Below are positions 56,130 through 64,000 of a DNA stretch of 64,000 nt, piece by piece (positions within the stretch are counted from its first letter, which is position 1; every line of letters starts with the position of its first letter). The position numbers were made by a program, and so were the translations under genes. The DNA is from an uncultured virus (IMG/VR IMGVR_UViG_3300022661_000087) (lineage: Duplodnaviria; Heunggongvirae; Uroviricota; Caudoviricetes). Location of the stretch: IMG/VR virus record IMGVR_UViG_3300022661_000087. One strand, 5' to 3'. The notes under the pieces are model-generated. The model did not search any database. It worked only from the letters and a program-made list of their open reading frames with translations, and was not told the origin of the DNA.

Positions 56130-59093
56130 ATGATGTCAACTACTAAGTTATACCCTCCTTATGTGGATGCCGCAGTTCCTGCGCAGTTGGTTCCCGATGA
56201 AAGTACATCAGAAACAACTGTAACACTTACTATTCCATTTCAATTAAATAAGGCAGTAAGTTGGGTAGATTTAAAATCAAAAAATAATATCGCTTTGATT
56301 TTGAAAACGGTATCAACAGGAAAAGTTTTATTAGATTGTTATAAAGGAAACGTTTTAACTCATTATGAACCTACTGGAACACCTGCCGCAGAATTTGAAA
56401 TTCCTAAAACTACTTTTAATCCTGTTGCAGGATAGTTTTATAAAGCTCAAATCGCTTTCATAGATTCTGATGATACTATTGGATATTTTTCAGATGTGAC
56501 TATTGTAAAATTTACTGCAATTCCTGTTATAGGTATTGCCGATTTAGCAAGTGGAACAAATGCTGCTCAATATGTTTATACAGGTACATTTTCAACTACT
56601 GATGTTACTGAAAAAGTATACTCATATGAATTTAATATTTATGATTGTGAAACTGGTATTTTGCATGACACAAGCGGAGTTATGATTCATAATAGTAGCA
56701 CAGATGTTGAACGAGGAAAATCTTTTGACACTTGGACATCTTATAAAACTTTAATTAATGAGCGTCAATATTCTATATGTTATAAAATCACTACTATTAA
56801 TGGTTTAGTGATGGAAACTCCAGCTTATGGAATAATGGCAGTTGAAACTTTAGATTTAGTTTCTAGAAACACAGAATTTATTGCAACATTATATAGTGAT
56901 GATGCTTATATTCATGTTCATATTATGCCAAAAGATATTGATGCAAATATTAAAGCAATTACTGGTAATTTTATTTTAGTTAGAGCATCCAGTGAAGATG
57001 GATTTGGTAGCTGGAATGAAATTTATCGTTTCACTTTGATTAATAACTATCCTTTAATGACACTGTGGAAAGATTTTACGGTGCAACAAGGATATTCATA
57101 TAAATATGCTGTACAAGCCTATAATTCTAAAGGTGTTTATTCTAATCGATTAGAATGTAAATATTATGCTAGTGAATTTGATGAGCGCAATGATGACATT
57201 AACCGTTAGAATTGGAACGCAGAAGCAAAAGACCCTATTGAAAATACTAACTTAAATTGGAATTATTTACAAGAAATTGATGGGTCTCCAACTCAAAGCG
57301 GATTGCCAGTAGATTTTGAAGATGCTTTTCTTTATGATGGAAAACGCCAATTGAGAATTAGATATAATCCAAAAATTAGTTCTTTTAAATCAACTGTGCT
57401 TGAAACTAAAATGGATACTATTGGAGGTAAATATCCTTTTATTTTCCGTAACGGAAATGTTGAATATAAAGAATTCCCAATTTCTGGTTTAATTACAATG
57501 ATTAGCGATGAAAATGCTTTATTTATGGAGTATTCCAAAGAGAATCCAAAAGCTCGTCAGTACAGTACACATCCGCCATATGGTAATGATAATGCGGATT
57601 GGTGGGTCAGCCGAACTGGTATGACGGAGTATGAAGTTCGTAAGACCCAAGAAAAAGAGTTAAGTGGTTCTCCCACAGCATTAACCGCTAGCAACTTCCG
57701 CAAAGAGCGTGAATTTAAAATGGAAGTGTTGGATTGGTTAACAAATGGACAACCAAAGCTATTCCGTTCTCCAAGTGAAGGTAATTTTATTGTTCGTTTA
57801 ATGAATACATCATTAACTCCAAATGATTAGCTTGGACGATTATTACATACTTTCCAATGTACTGCATATGAAATTGCGGAATGTAATTATGAAAATTTGG
57901 AAAAATATAAATTTATTCATGCTCTCGATACTAGTTATTAGGAATTGAAATTTAAAATGCTTGATTGCAATAATACTTTTGCTGACATTCATAATAGACA
58001 AATTATTATTGAGGGTGGTGCTTATTACTTTGCAGTAATAGACCAATGGAGTTATTTGGCATTGAGAATTACTTATGTAAATGGTACATCACAAGTTATT
58101 GATGTTGGTAACTCTACTGGACAATATTTGTTTGACAGAGAAGCATTAAAAAATAACCCAATTGTTTCAGTAACTTATCAAGAAGGTGCGCCAGATGTTG
58201 GTAGTAAAATTCTTTATGGATATTATGATACATCAGATATTGCTTTCTCTTTGATTGCAAGTGTTACAAGAGAAACAGTAGTAGACCAAATTATCGGTCA
58301 TCCGCAAACTTCTTACCGTATAGATAGTTTTAAAATTAATTATGTTCCAACTATTTTAAATGGCATTGGATATAGAGACTTGGCTACAGATTTACAAAAG
58401 GTTTATGGCGAAGATGAAATTCCTCGTTGTACTCTTGGTAAATTTTATTACTTAAAAGCTGAACCCAGAGAGATTACTTTCGTTTATAAAAAAGAAAATA
58501 AATATTATGAAACTTCAAAATGTGATTATGAGGTTCGTCAATGGGATGATACTTATATTTATAAAGTTTTCGAAGAAAGTGATGGCACTTGGGAACCTAC
58601 GAATCAATATAGTGGACGTCCTTCAAATAATATCTTATTACCAGAGCCAAGTTATCTCATTAAATTAAATGCAAAACCCAATAATGGTATTGACCCTGCT
58701 CAAGAAGAGTTTGTGGATTTAAGTTTAAAGGGCGGTAGCGGAGGTAATGCTCCTATTACTACTGGACGATATGAACTTTATTTTGATTTGGATAAAGTAG
58801 AAAGTTTATATATTGGCTCAGGAGTTGTATGTGAAATTTGTTATAATTTAAATACAATTCATTATGAAGCTGAAGATAATATTCAATATAGTGAATTGGT
58901 TGATAGATATAATACTTGGCAAAATCAGCAACGTCAATATAAGAGTATGTTAAAAGCTGGATATAGTAGATTTAGTGCTGATGTCGAACGCGCTCGTATG
59001 AATATGGAACAAAGTTATCATTAGTATTTAAATCAGTTAGAATATATTCTAAATAAGTTGCAAATGGATGGTGAGACTTATTATGCTTTATGA
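56130..59093 (+). CDS. Tail/baseplate structural protein with FN3/Ig-like domains (TAG read-through)
   Basis: Joins 56109, 56496, 57303 and 57945; WKDFTVQQGYSYKYAVQAYN; PKLFRSPSEGN. Confidence 0.7.
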
Positions 59094-61725
59094 TAAAGAA
59101 TTTTTGAAAGAATTAGACAAAACAAAAAATAAAATTGTCTATGCAAAAGTTACTGCATTAACAGTAGAGGAGTCCCCCATTGAAAGCATTGAAGGTCGTG
59201 TAACCCAGGGCTCCATCAACTTAGATGGAGCTTCTGCGGTTCGTCGTTCTTGTTCTTTATCAATTGTAGCAGAGAATTTTGATTATTCAGATTATTTATG
59301 GGGAATGAATACAAAATTTAAGTTAGAAGTTGGTTTACAAAATGATATAAATGATAATTTTCCCAAGATTATTTGGTTTAACCAGGGAATTTATATCATA
59401 ACATCTTTTAATACATCTAGAACTACCAATAACTTTACTATTACTATTCAAGGAAAAGATAAGATGTGTCTTTTGAATGGAGAAGTAAGTGGTACTATTG
59501 GAGTACAAACAGATTTTGGTACAATTGAAGAAGAAGATAATGAAGGAACTTGGACTATTAGACAAATTCCTATTCCTGAAATTATCCGTAATATGGTTCA
59601 TGCATATGGCGGAGAGCCTTATCATAATATTATTATTAAAGATTTGGATACTTTAGGCTTAGAGCTTTTAGAATATCGATATGAAAATATGCCTTTAGTT
59701 ATGTATCGTAAAGCTGAAAGTAATACATATACAAATATTGCTTTTTTAGATAGTGATATGTATTTATATGCTAATAAAAATGATGTCGGAAATGTAGATA
59801 GACGAGTATATTTAAAAGATATTCCCGATACACATTTTGAACAATTAATTGATGGTATTCATACAAGTGACCCTATTGTATATTATGATGATGATAAAGT
59901 TGGTTATAAATTAACTAAGCTTCAATACGGAGATACCGCAGGTTATCGAACAACTGAATTAACATATGCTGGAGACTTGATTGCAAACGTAGGTGAATCA
60001 ATTACTTCAGTTCTTGATAAAATTAAAAATATGCTTGTTGAATTTGAATATTTTTATGATGTTGATGGACGTTTTATATTCCAGAAGAAACAATCTTATA
60101 CTCAGACTCTATGGTCTCCAAGTGGTGATGGAGAAGAGGGAATCACAGAAGGTTTGTTATGGAGTGATGCAGCCGCATATACTTTTAGTGGCAGCGAATT
60201 AATCACTGGTTTTAATAATAATCCTAATCTTTTGAATTTAAGAAATGATTTTTCAATTTGGGGTGAGCGCACAGGCATTAGCGGCGCGCAGATTCCCATT
60301 CATTTAAGATATGCCATTGATGAAAAACCAACTGCTTATACAACTATTTCTTTAACTGATTTTGATAAGAATGAAGTGGATGAATATAATTTAAAATATG
60401 GAACTAATTTAAATAATAATCCTACTTCAATTACTTATTCTATTCACCCAAATATAAGTAGAGCTAAGAATTATGTTTATGTAACCGATTGGCGAGAAGT
60501 ATTGTTCCAAATGGCAAAAGATTATTTTAGATATAATACTTTAAGTGATTTTGAAATTCGTGTGCGCGAAGCTAATCCAACGCTCTATCCCTCTGGCCGC
60601 ACAGGCTATGAACAATATTATACTGATATTCAAGTTTGCTGGCGTTAGCTATATAATCCTGAATTACGAAATAAAATTGCGGATTATACAGAAGAAGTTG
60701 CGGCATTAACGAATGAAGTGACTCAATTAGATAAAGAAATTAAAGATATTGAGAATAGAATTATTGAGTTGAATAATCAATTAAATACTGCTACAACTCA
60801 GAGTTCAATTGATAGTATTGTTTTATCAATTTTATCAGAGCAACAATCTCGCACTGATAAAAAAGCATTAAAATCTCAAAAAGAATATCTTATCGAACAA
60901 AAATAGGAAAGCTTAGATTCTTATAATGAAGATATTTTAAATTATTATCAAGCTCAAGAATTAATAGAATTAGATGTAAATTTATTTACTACTCAATTCC
61001 CCTTATCTGACAGTTAGATTACTATTGATATTTTAGATAGATTTAGAGTTCCAAAAAATTTAATTGATGAACTTTTAGATGAGAAAACCGGTGAACCAAT
61101 TGCTATTAAAGTTAGTGATATCCTTTACTTTAAAGAAGATGATAGTTATTTTTCTGTTATTAATAGTTTTGATGATTATGTAATAATTGCATATTATGAT
61201 AAATCTCGTCTACATTGGCATAAAAATGTTTTTGAGAATCCTGGCAATTTAAATTATTGGTTTGACTTTTTAGATACCGCAGGAGAGCTAAGCCAATATA
61301 GCGTACGAGCTATTGGAGCACGGACGAAAGCTATTAATGAAAATACCGTAAAATCCATTTATTTTAGGGAAACTCCACCAGTTATTTTCGCACCAGATAT
61401 TACTGATGACGAAAAAATGAGTGGTTATAAATATATTCAAATTCCAGAATTTGAAATGGATAAAATGTTTAGTATTAGTGCGCAAGGTAAATCCGCAAAA
61501 GAGCGCTTAGATGAACTTCTTTACAATCATGGTTATTGTACAGAAAGTGCAACTATTACAACAATTCCAGTATATTATTTACAACCAAACACTCGTATTA
61601 AAGTATCTGATGAAAAAACTAAAATTGATGGAGAATACATTGTAAGTAAACTTACAATTCCTTTAGCACATAACGGAACTATGTAGTTAACTACAACGAA
61701 AGCTGCATAGACACTATTCTTTTAA
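59083..61725 (+). CDS. Baseplate hub/Tal-like minor tail protein (TAG read-through)
   Basis: Joins 59068, 60718 and 61417; YFYDVDGRFIFQK; C-terminal IPVYYLQPNTRI. Confidence 0.7.
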
Positions 61726-61740
61726 GAGAGGAGAGGTTTG

Positions 61741-62076
61741 ATGAAAAAGATATATCAATATCGTTATTATGGTAATTCTGATAAGAATTATCCGAAAACT
61801 CTAAATGCAGTACAATTAACCAATGGTGAAATTTTTAATCAAACCAGTAAGGGTTCCATTACTCATTTGGGTTTACAAGCTTCTCCAGGGACTACATTTT
61901 TTTTGAATCGTTGTGATAATCCAATTCAAATTGGAAAAACTGGCATCTACGAGATAGATGTTACTGGTTATGGTTATATTACAAGCATTATGTTTAGTGA
62001 TGATACACTAGCATTAGTAAATGAAGATAATGGAATTATTATTGATATTATATATGAAGGAGGTACTATCGAATGA
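61741..62076 (+). CDS. Small tail-region protein
   Basis: GAGGAGAGG RBS. Confidence 0.65.
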   Translation: MKKIYQYRYYGNSDKNYPKTLNAVQLTNGEIFNQTSKGSITHLGLQASPGTTFFLNRCDNPIQIGKTGIYEIDVTGYGYITSIMFSDDTLALVNEDNGIIIDIIYEGGTIE

Positions 62077-63260
62077 GCAGCTTTTATGGTTAGATGCGAT
62101 GGCAAGATTTTCAATAGTTCTTCTTAAATTTCACTCTTGAGAATAAACATTTCTCAATTGATAATATTTTTAACACTTCCCCTCCATATGAAAATCAAAT
62201 GACAATTGATTCGACTATGAAGGCATATATTCAACCCAATGAAGATTTTGCCACATTTAGATTTAATGCAGCAAATCATTGGATTAAATTTGCGCCAATT
62301 GATTCTTAGGGGGATGAAAAAACAACTTATGTTGGTTTTTCAATTTTTCATAATAAACCAAGCTTGGAAAACACCTATACTCTCCCAATTTTTGAAATAA
62401 CAGTTCCACCTCAAGGCGCAACAATTGAAACCCTTGAGAGTGGAGAATGCTTTAAGATTGCTTGTCCTGCCTTTGATTAGGCAGGACATTTCGTAGGTGA
62501 GGACCATATAGAGCCAACCTATTTTAAAATGCCAGAGCAATTGATTCAAATTAATCAATCTGGTAATGACTTAGTTCTAACAGCTGAAAAGAAATTCCAT
62601 TTTGCGAACACAGATGGTTTAATTGAACTATTATTAAATGACGCAAAAAATAAATTAACTTTTTAGCATAAAACAAACTTCAATGACAACGAAGAGCCTG
62701 ACTTTACTCCATTTTTATACGAAGGTAGTAAAGATGGTACTCAATATGAAGTTGAAATTGTATTGCAACCTGGTGATTTTATTTCAACTTATCATACGGT
62801 TTACGATAAAGCGGGTCATTTAACTACATTAGAAAAAATTTATTATCAATTACCAATTAGTGAAGTTGATTCTCGTATTGAAGTATTAGAAAATACTGTT
62901 GCTGAAATTCAAGGCGACCTTGAAAATATGGCAGGAGATATTGAGACTTTAACTGAAGATTTAGAAGATGCTATAAAAGATGTACAAAGAGCAAATGAAA
63001 TGGTTGGTACTGATGCTGAGTTTGGTAGAGGAGACCAAGCCGCAAAAGAAGATTCTTTTAATGCTTGGGTTAAGGCTTTTACAGGAACAACTCAAAATTA
63101 TCAATCTTTATCAGGAGCTCTTTCTGCAGTACTTGAAAAATTATCTTCTAATAATACTGATTTAGATAATGAAATGCGTAACTTCTATTCTCGTATTATT
63201 GCTATTGAAGATTATTTAGATGGTAAGTTTACCGATTATGAGCCTCCAAAGAGAAGCTAA
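62073..63260 (+). CDS. Tail-region protein with C-terminal coiled coil (TAG read-through)
   Basis: ATGA overlap; MSSFYG*; in frame with track ORF 62763. Confidence 0.65.
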
Positions 63261-63325
63261 TATGCGTAATTTCTTTCTTTTAAGAAATTAAGATATAATA
63301 TACTTTTAAGAAAGGAGAGAATATT

Positions 63326-64000
63326 TTGGCAAATTATGTAAAATTTATGCGTGGTACTCCAAAAGCCTATGAAATGCTTTTAGCCAGTCCAGAGAAACCA
63401 AATGTTGATACTCTGTATTTTATTTCCGAAGCAGATTCAACTAATGCGGTTTTATATTTGGGTGAAAAGCTAATTGCGGGCGGAGGGGGAGCCGCAGGTA
63501 AAATTAGTTTAAGTGAATTAACTGATATTGCTTTAAGTACAGATTTAGCTGATAAGTCTATTTTAGTATATGATACTGCTTCTGGTAAATGGGTTGATTC
63601 TACATTAGAACAAGCTATTTCTGTTTTTATCGGTGCTAGTAAAGATGCCGCAGGTACAGCTGGACTTGTTCCTGCTCCTGGATATGGAGAAACCAATAAG
63701 TTTTTACGTAGTGACGGCACTTGGGTATCTATTGACAGTTCAGAAGCAACTATTATCACTATTGAAAATGAAGATAGTGAAGTCATGCATCAAGAGTTAA
63801 TTGACCAAACCACACAAGGATGGTTGCCATGTGCTGGTGATATTATCATTATTAAAGATATTATTATCAATGATAAATGGCAATATACTTCTTATGTATA
63901 TAATGGTTCTACATGGGCAGCCATGGATGGAAACTATAATGCTGAAAATGTGTATTTTGATTCTGATTTCACATTTACAACTCCAGTTGGTACAGTCACT
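63326..64000 (+). CDS. Tail fibre-like protein, runs off the window end
   Basis: AAAGGAG RBS, TTG start; YVKFMRGT..TLYFI..AGLVPAP..FLRSDGTW. Confidence 0.7.
   Translation, partial: MANYVKFMRGTPKAYEMLLASPEKPNVDTLYFISEADSTNAVLYLGEKLIAGGGGAAGKISLSELTDIALSTDLADKSILVYDTASGKWVDSTLEQAISVFIGASKDAAGTAGLVPAPGYGETNKFLRSDGTWVSIDSSEATIITIENEDSEVMHQELIDQTTQGWLPCAGDIIIIKDIIINDKWQYTSYVYNGSTWAAMDGNYNAENVYFDSDFTFTTPVGTVT

Noticed and set aside
21414..63260. Late genes as pseudogenes of a decayed prophage
   Set aside because: Breaks are TAG only, frames are preserved with no frameshifts, and TAG aligns with Gln in paralogs
1..64000. TGA recoding or a suppressor tRNA in the window
   Set aside because: TGA ends genes at coupled overlaps (e.g. 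34518, 62076); no tRNA cloverleaf seen by eye, and tRNAscan-SE would be needed to confirm

Overview
A 64-kb segment of a large tailed phage, probably a siphovirus of a Bacillota/Clostridia host (strong GGAGG/AAAGGA Shine-Dalgarno sites, sigmaA-type extended -10 promoters, AbrB/SpoVT genes, TP901-type tape measure, no tail sheath seen). The phage reads TAG as a sense codon, almost certainly Gln (genetic code 15): the fragmented ORFs of the track join in frame across TAG into complete genes, and two paralog pairs in this window align TAG with Gln. Four blocks: (1) 1-2.2 kb, a candidate winged-helix replication initiator flanked on both sides by iteron-like repeats; (2) about 2.3-17.8 kb, a GC-richer minus-strand early/host-takeover-like region of small genes with no internal TAG, about 35 near-consensus promoters, a shared RBS leader, duplicated gene modules, candidate ncRNAs and ten regularly spaced GC-rich stem-loops associated with TTTGTGCA boxes; (3) 17.9-21.2 kb, minus-strand auxiliary genes (endonuclease, AbrB-like, folD); (4) 21.4-64 kb, plus-strand morphogenesis genes (terminase, portal, protease/scaffold, capsid, tail tube, about 3090-aa tape measure, about 2550-aa tail-tip protein, fibre). 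No tRNA, integrase, CRISPR array or lysis gene was seen. All product calls come from motif recognition by eye; no database searches were run.
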